A stretch of DNA of 64,000 nt from assembly GCF_006345805.1 (NCBI RefSeq), contig NC_043000.1, positions 100,378,001-100,442,000 on the forward strand, given 5' to 3'. Source of the DNA: Octopus sinensis (taxonomy: Eukaryota). The first letter of the stretch is position 1. Each line of letters begins with the position of its first letter. A program made the translations under genes and the position numbers. Positions 26,226 to 39,060 of the stretch are shown here, one piece after another. The notes below the pieces were generated by a model. It was not told the DNA's origin. It made no database searches and saw only the letters and a program-made list of their open reading frames with translations.

Positions 26226-28116
26226 TGCGTGTGCGTGCCACGTATGTGTGCGGTCAATGCCCGCTAGTGTGTCCTATGCGTGCCGATGCGCGCATGTGCC
26301 CGCCCGCACGATATGCTGTGAGTGTGCGCGTGCCCCTGTGTGCCTGCTCTGGATGTGTGCCAGGGGGGTATGTTAGAGTATGTTTAGTTGTGGTCTGTAT
26401 TTTTGAATAAGATTACATTCCTTATTTATTCGTGTTTGGTCTGTGGTGTTGTCCGAGCATTGGTATAGTGGGAAGACTAAGAATTGGAGGACTTATTGTG
26501 TGCACAAAGGTCTAAGTGTCCACTTAGTGGTATCTGTCTTGTGGAGGGGTCCCTCAGTTGTTGTCGGTGAACTGTCATTCTTTCTCTGAGGGTAAGGCTC
26601 GTTTGCCCTATGTAGTCTTCGTGGCATCCTTCACACCTTATGACGTAGAGTAAATTTTTTGATGCGCACGTGAAATTATTTTTTATGATGAATGTGTGTC
26701 CCGAGTGGAACTTGTACGACGATCCCTCAATGAGGTGGATGCAGGTCTTGCAATTGGGGCGACCACATTTTTTGATGGTGGGCGGGGGGTTTGTGTTGTG
26801 TATTTTGCGTTGGTGAGGAGGTTTTTTAGGGATTTAGGTTGTCTCTTACTTTTTTTATTATTTTATGAGCTGCCAGTATTTTTTCAGGCGTGGGTCTTGA
26901 TTAGTTGTGGAATGTTGTTGTATATAATAGTGTAAGCTTCTGCATTCCTTGGGTTGTGTGTTGAGAGATAGGGGAGGCTATTTACTGTACTGTGGATGTG
27001 TTTGGGTTTCGTAGGTCTTGAATGTTGATTGATTTGGCCCGTTCTATTCCGTTGTCTATTAGTGATGCCGGGTAATGTCTTTCGAGAAGAATTGCCCTTA
27101 GTTCCCGGAGTCTTCTATTTCGTGTTGTGTCATTTGAGACAATAGTGCAGATTCTTCTCGCTAGGTTGAAGGGGATATTTGTCTTTGTGTGTTTTGGGTG
27201 ATTGGAGGTGAATAGAAGGTATTGTTTAGAGTCAGTGGGTTTGTAATGGATGTCAGTTTCAATGTTGACGCCTTTTTTAATGATTAGGATGTCAAGAAAA
27301 GGGAGTTGGTCCTGACTATATTCCATTGTGAATTGAATGTTGTTATTAACACTGTTGATAAGGTTTTTGAAGTCTTTAAGTTGGTCGAGTGTGTGGGACC
27401 ATAGGATGAGGCAATCATCTAAGTAGCGTTTCCAGTTCTCCAACAGGTATTTGTGGAAAGACTGGCCGTACTATATTTGGATTTTTCATAGATATGTGAT
27501 TCCAGGTAGGCCATCACCAGGTTTGCATAGGTAGGTGCAACTTTCGTACCCATTGCAGTTCTGAGACCTGTCTGTAAGTGTTGTTGTGGAAATACATGAA
27601 GTTGTTTTGCAGAATAATTTGAGGGTCCTCAATTATGAATTCTTTTTTAATTCTTTCCGGGATCTCATTGGGATATTTTTATCAGCCAGAATTTAATGGC
27701 TTCAGTCCATATTCATGTGGGATTGTGGTGTAAAGATTAATAACATCAAAAGAAACGATTAAGGTGTCTTTATCGGCATGTTTGGGGAGATGATTTAATA
27801 GGTCCAGGTCATCTCTTACAATACTTGGAATGTGTTTCAGTATTGGCTTTAAGATGATATCTATAAAGTTGCTAAGTCTGTGTGTTTCACAACTTGGGCC
27901 TGCCACTATTGGTCTCAGTTTGAGATCAGTGGGATGTGGTATAGTGATGCAGGTTGAAGTGGACTTTTTGCAAGCTTCTGTGATAATTTGACTCTTGTGT
28001 ATTTTCACCAAAGAGTGAAACCGGTTAAGTAAATAAACATCGTTTAAATTGCATTTTCAACCTTTTTTCATATATAATCCCACTCGTGCGATACCCCACA
28101 ACTCAACTTTATATAT

Positions 28117-28170
<54 letters not shown>

Positions 28171-28514
28171 ATATATAATATATATATATATACATGCAAT
28201 TGCTGTTGATGTATATTCCCATCTCTGACTTTCGCGCCGGTGTCATGAAGTCAAATGTCCTATTGTGTTTATTCTAGATGTATTAGTGTAGACATTAGTG
28301 AGCGTGCGCACGCGAGCGCAAAAATCCTACGTACATCTATTTGCAGTTTTTAAAATAAATGGGATTATTGTAAGTTTCTAATTAAGGACTAAAAAAAAAA
28401 TTCGTATTTCTCTTTTTTGTTTAGAGATAAACTGACTTTATGAACGCACTTATTGATATAAACTTTCTTAATGTAGATTTCTTTTACATTTATTTGTTTG
28501 AGAAATTCCACTGC

Positions 28515-28630
28515 CGCCATACTTGGACGTCGCTTTGAATGGTTTAGTCGAACAAATCACCCCCACCAGTACTTATTGACGAATCATCGTGTTACGTGGA
28601 CGTAAACAAACCAACACAAGTTGTCAATCT
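28515..28630 (-). mobile_element. SINE family B 3' remnant
   Basis: tttagtcgaacaaatcacccc..gtacttatt..gacgtaaacaaaccaacac..gttgtcaa. Confidence 0.65.
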
Positions 28631-28718
28631 GCTGCGAGGAAGAAACACAACACAAACACACACACATACATACATACGCACACACACACACATATATATA
28701 TATACATACATACATACA

Positions 28719-28758
<40 letters not shown>

Positions 28759-28795
28759 TATATATATATACACACACATATATATATATACATAC

Positions 28796-28830
<35 letters not shown>

Positions 28831-28897
28831 TACACACACATACATACATACATACATACATACATACATACATACATACATACATACCATATATACA

Positions 28898-29107
28898 CAG
28901 GGTGTTCCAGAAGTCGCACACCATTCTGGTTTTCATTTAAAATAATCAAAGCATTTTATTTTATTATATTGTTTTGGCATGTTTTATTGTAGAGGGTGTT
29001 CAATTTGAGCATTTGTTACGATTAATTTCAATAAAGTGCTTTTGAAATGAATATGGGTGTATCCTTTTTAAAAAAAAATGTTGGTACGCAACTTCTGGGA
29101 CACCCTG
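28898..29107. mobile_element. Tc1/mariner MITE
   Basis: TIRs cagggtgttccagaagtcgcacacca / tggtacgcaacttctgggacaccctg, followed by TA. Confidence 0.85.
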
Positions 29108-29206
29108 TATAATCATATCGAAGGGAAATGGAAATTAATAGAAATTTTCACTTCCAGTGTCCTAGCGTGTAAAACTTTAGTCCAAAGACTATATATTAGC
29201 CATAAA

Positions 29207-29355
29207 ATACAGTGTACATTTAAACACATAAGAGGAATCCACTCATGGAATTCATCGCAGTTTTGGATTCCTGTGGTTTTGGAACCTAGGTGTTCTTTCT
29301 AGCGTGAGGAATCCCATGAGTGGATTCCTCTTATGTGTTTAAATGTGGACTGTAT
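29207..29355. mobile_element. Fold-back element next to (CA)n
   Basis: About 50-bp arms 29207-29258 and 29302-29355. Confidence 0.75.
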
Positions 29356-29371
29356 ATCACACACACACACA

Positions 29372-29410
<39 letters not shown>

Positions 29411-29412
29411 TA

Positions 29413-29600
29413 TATAGTTAAAAAAACAACGAAGAAAATCACATGAAAAAAGCAACAACGCGAGGACTTGGTTACATGTAAGGTATTAACAGATGTTCAG
29501 AGAAGGAAAGGAAGATAGTTTTACCTTTCAAGCAAAGCTCTTCTTCAGAAACAGGAGACAGAGGAAAGTCCAAGAAAAAAGGAAGAAGGAGGGGAAAAAA
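29413..29600 (-). mobile_element. Solo PLE 3' end with hammerhead motif (family H1)
   Basis: gttt-CTGAAGA-agagctttgctt-GAAA-gg-TA-aaac on the minus strand at 29519-29552. Confidence 0.75.
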
Positions 29601-29642
29601 AAATTGCCATCGATTCACATATACATACACACATACCTATAT

Positions 29643-29810
29643 TCGACAGGCTGCTTTTATTTTCCGTCTACCAACTCCACTCACAAGGCTTTGGTTTACC
29701 TGGAGCTCAAGTAGATGACACCTGTCCAAGGTTCGGCGCAGTGGAACTGAACCCAAGGGCGCATGGTTCGAAAGGAAGCCTCCTAATCACATAGCTATGT
29801 TTGCGCCTAC
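29643..29810 (-). mobile_element. SINE family B 5' part
   Basis: ccgtctaccaactccactcacaaggctttgg..gaactgaaccc. Confidence 0.8.
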
Positions 29811-30403
29811 TGGTTCCTCAGTATTTCTAAATTCGCTACAATACAATTACTTTCAATTCGTAAATTTGTTAAATATCTTTTTTAACCTCATACGAAGTCT
29901 ATGAAGAAATACTTTTCCATTCACTAGACCATCTTAAGTGTTCGATTTCATTAAAATGAAAATGGTTAAATTGTTTATAGATGTTGTAGCTCTTACTTTA
30001 AGACTGAAGAGTAGTATTTATATTTATTTATTGCTAAGATTAGACAGGAGTTTACAAGTTCTCTACTGTTATGGTCTGGCTTACGCAAAATACTTGTTGG
30101 ATAAATCATTAGCTGCTTTTAGTGAAAATTCTGTAAATATATTTCATTCCACAAGACAATCAACTCGCTCAATTTATTTCTCCTTTCGTTTTGTAATGAA
30201 TTTTAGGTGGAATACTAATGATTAATGAATTAAACCGACTGGTTTACGGAGTTTACTAGACACGGTGTTACATTCTGGGCACATTTGCATGTATATATGT
30301 ATATGCGTATATAATATGTACACGAGCGTGTGTACATTTATGCATGTATATATGTGAAATTATTTCGCTCAAAATGAATGGTACTATTTATATTATATAT
30401 TCT

Positions 30404-30615
30404 TTTCTACTCTAGGCACAAGGCCCGAAATTTTGGGGGAGAGGCCAGTCAATTAGATCGATCCTAGTGCGCAACTGTTACTTAATTTATCCACCCCGGA
30501 AAGATGAAAGGCAAAGTCGACCTCGGTGGAGTTTGAACTCAGAACATGAGGACAGATGAAATACCACTAAGAATTTCGCCCGGCGTGCTAACGTTTCTGT
30601 CAGCCCACCGCCTTA
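30404..30615 (-). mobile_element. SINE family A (tail ii), full length
   Basis: Head, core and ggccttgtgcctagagtagaaaag tail. Confidence 0.9.
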
Positions 30616-30668
30616 TTTATATTATATATTAATAAAAGTATGTTTGAGTACATATAAATCCATAAATA

Positions 30669-31302
30669 TTACTTGGCGGTGTGAGTTATGGCTGCTCTTT
30701 CTGGTGGACGAATGGCCTGTTAAGGGTCACTCCTAATTGTATATTATATATTTAGTCTTGACTATTTTCTCTTTTCCACTAGGCCGCTGGTAGCGATAAA
30801 TTTCTATTGAATTTTTTGCTACCCTAAATGACTAATTGATAATTTTCTGAATAATTCTGAGATTGAATCGGCAGTTTAATTTACTGCTGATAAGTTTGGC
30901 GCGAATACGTCGGTCTTGAAAATTTTAAGACAGATATTCCGGAGGCATCGATACAGACGCCTCGTGTATATTGTCTCTCCCAGGTTTTTTAACTGATGAA
31001 GTGTGACCTATGTAGATTAGCTTAATTTAATTTAATAAGCTAATTTAATCATTAATAACACAGAAACGATGCATCGTCTAAAAGTTGAATTAGGGTAACT
31101 GTTTTTAAATTTTCACCTAATTTCTGAATTACTACTACTTGGCGTGTGGAGTTATGGCTGCTCTTTCTGGTGGACGAATGGACTGTTAAGGGTCACTCCT
31201 AATTGTTATATTTATATATTTAGTCTTGACTATTTTCTCTTTTCCACTAGGGGCCGCTGGTAGCGATAAATTTCTATTGAATTTTTTGCTACCCTAATTG
31301 AC
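30669..31302 (+). mobile_element. Partial tandem (467-bp unit) hammerhead-containing repeat running into an assembly gap
   Basis: 30669-30832 is repeated at 31136-31302; the HHR lies between the repeats. Confidence 0.7.
30985..31084 (+). ncRNA. Type I hammerhead ribozyme with extended stem II
   Basis: CTGATGA 30993-30999; stem II tgtg/caca with inner attagctta/taagctaat; GAAA 31063-31066; palindromic stem III acgatgcatcgt; GTC site 31076-31078; stem I has one mismatch. Confidence 0.75.
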
Positions 31303-31402
31303 NNNNNNNNNNNNNNNNNNNNNNNNNNNNNNNNNNNNNNNNNNNNNNNNNNNNNNNNNNNNNNNNNNNNNNNNNNNNNNNNNNNNNNNNNNNNNNNNNN
31401 NN
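31303..31402. other. Assembly gap (100 N)
   Basis: Run of N. Confidence 1.
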
Positions 31403-31454
31403 GTAATATCATTGAAAGATTCCCTCTGAGCGAATCTTTCAATGCGAATCTTTA

Positions 31455-31868
31455 AGGTGGCGAGCTGGCAGAAACGTTAGCACACCGGGCGAAATGCTTA
31501 GCAGTATTTCGTCTGCTGCTACGTTCTGAGTTCAAATTCCGCCGAGGTCGACTTTGCCTTTCATCCTGAGGACGATTAAATAAGTACCAGTTACGCACTG
31601 ACGTCGATATAATCGACTTAATCTGTTTGTCTGTCATTGTTTGTCCCCTCTGTGTTTAGCCCCTTGTGGGTAGTAAAGAAATAGGTATTTCGTCTGCTGC
31701 TACGTTCTGAGTTCAAATTCCGCCGAGGTCGACTTTGCCTTTCATCCTTTCAGGGACGATTAAATAAGTACCAGTTACGCACTGGGGTCGATATAATCGA
31801 CTTAAACCTTTTGTCTGTCCTTGTTTGTCCCCTCTGTGTGTAGCCCCTTGTGGGTAGTAAAGAAATAA
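31455..31868 (+). mobile_element. SINE family A, dimeric (tail i)
   Basis: Head-body-tail followed by a second body-tail restarting at ggtatttcgtctgc. Confidence 0.9.
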
Positions 31869-32654
31869 GATTCCCTCTGTGCTTCAAGCAAGCTCTTTGT
31901 TTTAGATTGCAAATTTAAAAGGCTCAACAGTATTCTTATTTGAATCTGGGCCTCTAAACACGTGATAAACATTTTCCTATTTTCTCAATTATCGCTGAGT
32001 TTTAAAAGTTTTTGTGAAGATGGATACAGATGATTTTACTGCATTGCTGATGTTGTGCTTATCTTTTAGGATTATAAAGATCATCGACAAGCACAAACTG
32101 AACCGAAACAAATTCTCTTCATTCCTTCTGCGCAATTAATCTCAATTTTGTTTCTAAATTGATTCATTTTTCGTTTTTTCACTTTGAACGTGAAACTCAC
32201 ATTTAGGGTTGTTAAAGCATGTTTTGGGTTAATAACTGGGAAGTTCATGCGTAACAAACGGCTAACTGAGAAACTGGATGAAAACAAACGACACAGAGCG
32301 ATATTGCGAAGTGAGATAGCCAAAAGCTGCAATGGTGGTAGTATCTCTCTGTGCGCAGAAGGTATTACACACATCTGTGTAATACACAACTGTGGGAGAA
32401 TATTGTAACAGTAAACAATCGTAGCTCAAGCTGTTGTAAGTCATGGAATCTCTCTCTCTCTCTCTCTCTCTCTCGATATATATATATATATCGACTGAGA
32501 GAGCGCGAGTGAGAGAGAGAGTGAGAGAGAGAGAGAGAGCGAGATACTCACATCTAGGTGTGTGTGTCTGTATATATATATTTATATATATATATATATT
32601 TTATACGATATTATACCACGTTACACACACACACACACACATACACACACACAT

Positions 32655-32674
<20 letters not shown>

Positions 32675-32687
<13 letters not shown>

Positions 32688-33227
32688 AATACTTAAACCA
32701 ATGTAGTACGCGTAGAATATGGCAACAAATTTAACTAATTCTTCATAGATTGAAAAAATGAATAGCTTTCATCGATTTTCGAATTCTATTGAGGTGTCTC
32801 CATCACTTGACAAATCCCAGAGAAACAAGTTGTCAATCTGTTTCTATACGCAACAAATCCAGCAGCTTCAGAAGGTTGCTTCCCAACCACATGGTTCTGG
32901 GTTCAGTCTCACTGCGTGGCACCTTGGGCAAGTGTTTTCTACTATAGCTCCAAGTGAGTGGATTTGGTAGACGGAAGCTACCGAATGTATATGTATATGT
33001 ATGTTTGTATTTATATCTTTGTGTTTCCTCTGTTGCCCATCACTTGATAACCAATGTTGGTGTATTTACGTCCTCGTAACTTAACGGTTCAGCCAAAGAG
33101 ACGATTGAATAAGTAATAGGCTTACAAAGAATAAGGTTCTGGGTTGATTTCTTTGCTAAGGAAACCCTTTAATGTGGTGCTCCAGCAAGGCCGCAGTCAA
33201 ATGGCTGCAACAAGTCATAGAATAAAA

Positions 33228-33284
<57 letters not shown>

Positions 33285-33951
33285 GGAGTATAAATCTAAG
33301 CTTACAGGGAAAAATTCAATTTAGCATTAAATCAAATTTCACAGTATAAATACACACACACACACACACACACACACAACACACACACACACACACCACA
33401 CATATATATATAAATACTTAAACCAATGTAGTACGCGTAGAATATGGCAACAAATTTAACTAATTCTTCATAGATTGAAAAAATGAATAGCTTTCATCGA
33501 TTTTCGAATTCTATTGAGGTGTCTCCATCACTTGACAAATCCCAGAGAAACAAGTTGTCAATCTGTTTCTATACGCAACAAATCCAGCAGCTTCAGAAGG
33601 TTGCTTCCCAACCACATGGTTCTGGGTTCAGTCTCACTGCGTGGCACCTTGGGCAAGTGTTTTCTACTATAGCTCCAAGTGAGTGGATTTGGTAGACGGA
33701 AGCTACCGAATGTATATGTATATGTATGTTTGTATTTATATCTTTGTGTTTCCTCTGTTGCCCATCACTTGATAACCAATGTTGGTGTATTTACGTCCTC
33801 GTAACTTAACGGTTCAGCCAAAGAGACGATTGAATAAGTAATAGGCTTACAAAGAATAAGGTTCTGGGTTGATTCTTTGCTAAGGAAACCCTTTAATGTG
33901 GTGCTCCAGCAAGGCCGCAGTCAAATGGCTGCAACAAGTCATAGAATAAAA

Positions 33952-34016
<65 letters not shown>

Positions 34017-34091
34017 GGAGTATAAATCTAAGCTTACAGGGAAAAATTCAATTTAGCATTAAATCAAATTTCACAGTATAAATACACACAC

Positions 34092-34125
<34 letters not shown>
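32675..34125. repeat. 725-bp near-identical tandem duplication containing a family B SINE
   Basis: Identical 70-aa ORFs at 32758 and 33483; unit boundaries fall in (CA)n. Confidence 0.9.
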
Positions 34126-34151
<26 letters not shown>

Positions 34152-34366
34152 AATTAGAGAAAAAACACTATTATGTAATTCAAACAATGATAGACGTAAA
34201 TCACACCAGATAGAAAAAATAAATACTAATTTTATAATGTTTATATATTATTATGTACTTTATTATGATCTAGATAAATGTCTTATAATATATTTTATTT
34301 TTTCTATATGGTATGATTTACGTCTATCATTGTTTGAATTATATAATAGTGGTTTTTCTCTAATTT
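34013..34366. mobile_element. Fold-back element with detached tail module
   Basis: Arms 34151-34225 and 34291-34366; module ttagggagtataaatctaagcttacagggaaaaa at 34013-34080; same family as 44008-44311. Confidence 0.8.
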
Positions 34367-34616
34367 ATATATATATATATATATAGTTTAGATTATAGGG
34401 GATCCATAAAGAATGAAATCGTATCAAATTGAAGCACACCACAAACTGACGAGAACCATTGACAAAACAAACAGTTTAGTATTGTCTTGGTACGGAATAT
34501 GTCACTAAGGGAATTTCACCGCCTTGGGTAATCTACAATTCTAATAGTAACCAAAAGTATCCCAAATTATCCAACGGCGCTTGTGTGTTGTGTGTGTGCA
34601 TGTGTGTGTGTGTGTG

Positions 34617-34665
<49 letters not shown>

Positions 34666-35478
34666 GGACAGATGTGAACTCTTTACCATTATTTGGCAGA
34701 ACCTACAGGACACAGTGTGTGACAAGACTTCCTTTTGAATTACCAGTAGAATCCACTCGACGAAATTGTATGCAGTTTTATTGTATACAATTCCATTCAC
34801 AAGGTCTGGGTTAAGGCTATAGAAAATGACATTTGCTCAAGGTGACATTGAGCATGTTCAAATCCAGATCTCTCGTTTGTTATGCGAACTTCTTAATCAT
34901 TCGGTCACACTACACACGCACACCTACACACACATAAATAGTGTACATATATATATACATGCATTGATATATACACATAGATATATATATAGACTCATAG
35001 GTATAGGCATATTCATATATACATATGCACGCACACACGCACATAGATACATCACAGTCTTTTTAGCTACCCATCTACCAGACTCATTAATCAATTAAAA
35101 ACATACATTAGTATTTCAAGCAAATCTGTAATCGATTCATTATTTATTGCAGAGATCTAGCGTCTATCACCTCAGTTTCTATGGAAAGATTCAGATTCTG
35201 TAATCAATTGATTTAACACTATCCAAAACAGAAAGGAATGTTGCTTTTTTTCTTACTTTTCTTTGCAATTTGCAATTTGATATGTGTAAACTATCACACG
35301 TAAATCAGTAAATCCAGCTTTAATGAAGCAATTTAATTGCACTAAGACAATCTCCGTTATCAAACTTGATGGTGTTCGGACAATATTTTGAACTAGACGG
35401 CCGACACACTTTTTTAAGAACGTTCTGGCTCTGAATGTTTTGGAGTACATATTAGGGCGAAAGATTGCTGTCGGCCAA

Positions 35479-35878
35479 TCTTTATATATAAAGCTGAAGT
35501 TGTCTCTGTGTGGCAGGTTTGGTAGCCTTCAACTAGCACTATCTCCTCCGAGACCCTGCGAAAGAATTGAAAGTATGATAGAAGAAGGCTTGCTCTTCAT
35601 TCCGTAGAAGATAAAATTCAAATCGGACCATGTTAAGACCAAAAATTATTTACATTAAAAAGGTGCTTTTTTCTATGAAAATCCCTATTTTTTACGATAT
35701 TTTACGATATTTTGAATGCTGTGTTGCCATTTTTCGGTGCATTTCAACCAGAAAATGTTCACTTAAAGAGAATAACAAGCTACATAATGCAAAATTTTTA
35801 CTTTTCAAAAATTCCAATTCTAAAGGGTCGAACCAAACCCGAGCAACGCCAGGCGATACTGCTAGTATTACTGCTAGT
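35479..35878 (+). mobile_element. Helentron/Helitron-type non-autonomous element
   Basis: 5' tctttatatataaa; 3' GC-rich ccgagcaacgccagg then tactgctagt (repeated twice). Confidence 0.7.
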
Positions 35879-36296
35879 AATAAGGTTATTATACGAGAGA
35901 TTCCTCTTTATATCGAGTGTTTTGTACAGGATGGAAGGCTTTATTATCCTTTGAAAATTCAATTGACAAACAACTGAATTTTTAAAAAAAATTTAACACG
36001 TAAAGGTCTGGGAGGTTCTTCTGAGACAAATAATTGCAGCTGGTACTGCTGCATGTTTATAAATGCATTACGTTATACACACAGATATTTTAATCTAAGG
36101 CTGTTTTAAGGGTGTGTATTGATTTAATATCCGTTCTGGTTAGCTTTCGCACAAATCAATAACAAGCACTTTTGGTTAAGCTCAGAACATCCTGAATATA
36201 CTCGTCACCGAGTTGTCGTTGTATTCAACCGTGTTGTATTCAATGTTCCGGAAAAAATGGCCTAATTATTCAAAAAGAAAAATAGTTGGTATCTGC

Positions 36297-36480
36297 TGGT
36301 GCGTGACGTACAGGTTAGGGTATACGGCTCACGATCATGAGTTCGAAAACCAGCGGTGCGTTATACACGGTATTCCTGCAGTTCACTCAGCTGGCAAAAG
36401 TGAGATGTACTTGTCATTCACAAGGGCCAGCCTTGTCTATATTAATAAAATTGATCTGGTAAGACTGATGCATCAGTTTA
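36297..36480 (+). mobile_element. SINE family C remnant
   Basis: ggttagggtatacggctcacgatcatgagttcga..ttcactcagctgg. Confidence 0.55.
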
Positions 36481-36599
36481 TCAGTACATATATGTCTGCT
36501 ATAATCACTACACCCTCCTCCTCCCTCAACCAGCCCTACAAAGATTTTAGCATTCCAGTAAACTTTCTTGACATATGAGCATTCAGATTTTGCCGAACG

Positions 36600-36815
36600 G
36601 CCTATACAACCGATATGTTTATAGTGATCAAACCTTCGTGCCCCACATTAGTTCACTCTCTCTCCAGCAAACCGACGTTACATGAATAGGTGCACAGTGT
36701 CCCACACGTCAGGTATCGAAATGATCACAGAGCAACGTTAGATGAAGTGTTTTGCTCAATTCCTAGATCACCCAGTCTAGGAATTGAAATCACGATCACT
36801 AAACCATGTGCCCTC
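36600..36815 (-). mobile_element. SINE family C-like remnant
   Basis: Minus-strand gagggcacatggtttagtgatc..ttcaattcc..gagcaaaacact. Confidence 0.5.
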
Positions 36816-36886
36816 ACACACACAAACACACACATGTATATATAAACATATTCATATACATATAAGTGTATATGAATATCAACCAT

Positions 36887-36933
<47 letters not shown>

Positions 36934-37941
36934 GGCATATATAGGCATATAAATATGTATGTATATAAACATACACACATATGTGTATATGTATTCAAAT
37001 GTATCTGTATATATATATATATATATATATTTATATGCATGTATATATTGATCTGACTGTATGTATATGTATATGTATGCGTGTTTCTATATATGATTAT
37101 GCATATATATGAGTATACATATATGAGTATATACATGTATATATGAGTATACATATATGTGTGTGCGCGCGCACACGTATTGTATGTGTGATATATGTTT
37201 TATATCACAAATGTCACAACATTGTTCCACCATCTGTTCAGCAGCAGATCAACAAAATGTCAACGTGTGTCGTTTACAAAACGGCATAGAATGTGCATGA
37301 CATCCATAAACGTAATTTTGCTGTAAAAAAATACCAACATATTCAACAGTTTTAACATACTGGGTGTCTGTATGCTGAGAGTTCAAATTCCGATAATGCA
37401 TGTCCATGACTTCATAATTTCATAAAAACATATGCGTGTGCACACACGCGCACATACACACACACACACTGTCGCGAAATGAGAGTAGTTTACGTGGACC
37501 ATTGTTACCGCTTTCATCCATCTTTGAGTAAAATCACTGAAGGGCAACGCTTCTCTCAACAGAACATGAACATGATCAGGGCTTGACTGAGGAAGGTGCT
37601 GTCCTCAGCCCTTTTGATCTTGTTCATCAAACAGTCTCTTTCGTCATGCATATTAGACAGGTAAACTAATGCTTCTTCCTGAAGTAACGAAGCGGATTCA
37701 AAATAGTCTCGGTTAATTGCCGGACCTTTCTTGCACGTGACAGCTGTTGTTCTTCATATCTGCACAAGTAAGAAATGGTTAAACAATGAACAAGCCCGTG
37801 CAAGACTGTCTCGTCACCCAGCACACATTTCGGATAGGCCCGGCAGACGGTGTTACCGTACTTTCAGGGATTGCCTCGAACCGGCAATGTAGCCTGAGTA
37901 GGGTACTTTAATAAATTAAAAAGTAAGAAATAAAAAACGAA

Positions 37942-38330
37942 AATAGGTGTGAATATGGCTGTGTGTTGAGAAGTTTGTTTTCCACCCACGTGGTCCCCAG
38001 TTCAGTCTGACTGCGTGACACCTTGGGCAAGTGTCTTCTGCTATAGCCTTGGGCCAACCACAGCCTTGTGAGTGGATTTGGGAACTGAAAGAAGCCCATC
38101 GCATATATAAGTGTGTGTGTGTTGGGAGTGTGTGTGTATGTGTCCTCCCCTATCACTTTACAACCGGTGTCAGTTACTTTACGTTCCCGTAACTTAGCGT
38201 TCTGCCAAAGAGACAGATAAAAATATCCGATATAAAATTTTAAAAATTACTGGGGGTCGATTTGTTCCATTTCACCCTTCAAAGCGCTGTTCTCGCTTGG
38301 CTGCAATCCAATGAATAAAGCAAGTAAAAC
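37942..38330 (+). mobile_element. SINE family B
   Basis: ggctgtgtg..ccttgggcaagtgtcttctgctatagcc..gaaagaagccc, internal TG repeat, and tail. Confidence 0.85.
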
Positions 38331-38699
38331 ATAAAAAAAAGTTAAGTTATACCTTTGTCAAAAGAACACAAATATGTAGAAGTTTAGTATACGGAACTGC
38401 GTTGACTAGGAAAGGTTAAATTAAAAAATTAATTCTGACAGCATTTAAATTCTCAAGGTAAAGAAACTGAATATCTCTAGAGCCTGATTTTCCACAAGTT
38501 AGGTAGCGTTTGTCATTACAAATTTTTTTTTATAAAGATTATTGTTTTCTTAAAAAATAAATAAATGCATATTGACATTTTGGTAATGTAAACACTGAAC
38601 CCATCTATCACTGTTGTGACATTTGCACCAGAAATTCAAGCATATATTTATAAAACATTGTTTCCAGGTATTCAATACACATAACACGCACCCTACCCA

Positions 38700-38703
38700 T
38701 ATA

Positions 38704-38789
<86 letters not shown>

Positions 38790-38888
38790 GTATATATGTA
38801 CACACTATATATAACATATATATACATATATATATACATATATATAGATATATATAATTATTATATCATATATATATATATATACACA

Positions 38889-38919
<31 letters not shown>

Positions 38920-39060
38920 CATATATATATGCATATATATTATAATATTATATATTATATATATATACATATATGAATATATATAATATATATATGAATA
39001 TATATTATATATATATATATAACATATATATATGCATATATTATATATATATACATATAT
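38700..39060. repeat. Long degenerate (TA)n array
   Basis: Seen directly. Confidence 0.95.

Larger units (their letters stand above)
24281..28110 (-). mobile_element. Neptune-like Penelope element (RT + GIY-YIG), 5'-truncated, with inverted terminal copy
   Basis: LRPIVAG, SFDVINLYT, WKRYLDDC, KCGRPNCKTC and YVIRCEGC..YIGQT; frameshifted; 24281-24343 is inversely repeated at 28007-28068; internal 1.3-kb simple-repeat tract. Confidence 0.9.

Noticed and set aside
26380-28010. Possible Naiad-type (N-terminal endonuclease, selenocysteine) PLE
   Set aside because: All four PLEs have RT followed by a C-terminal GIY-YIG; the interruptions look like ordinary frameshifts and stops.
37460-37890. Possible RTE RT remnant (GAVLSPF)
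   Set aside because: A single weak motif; not enough to call.
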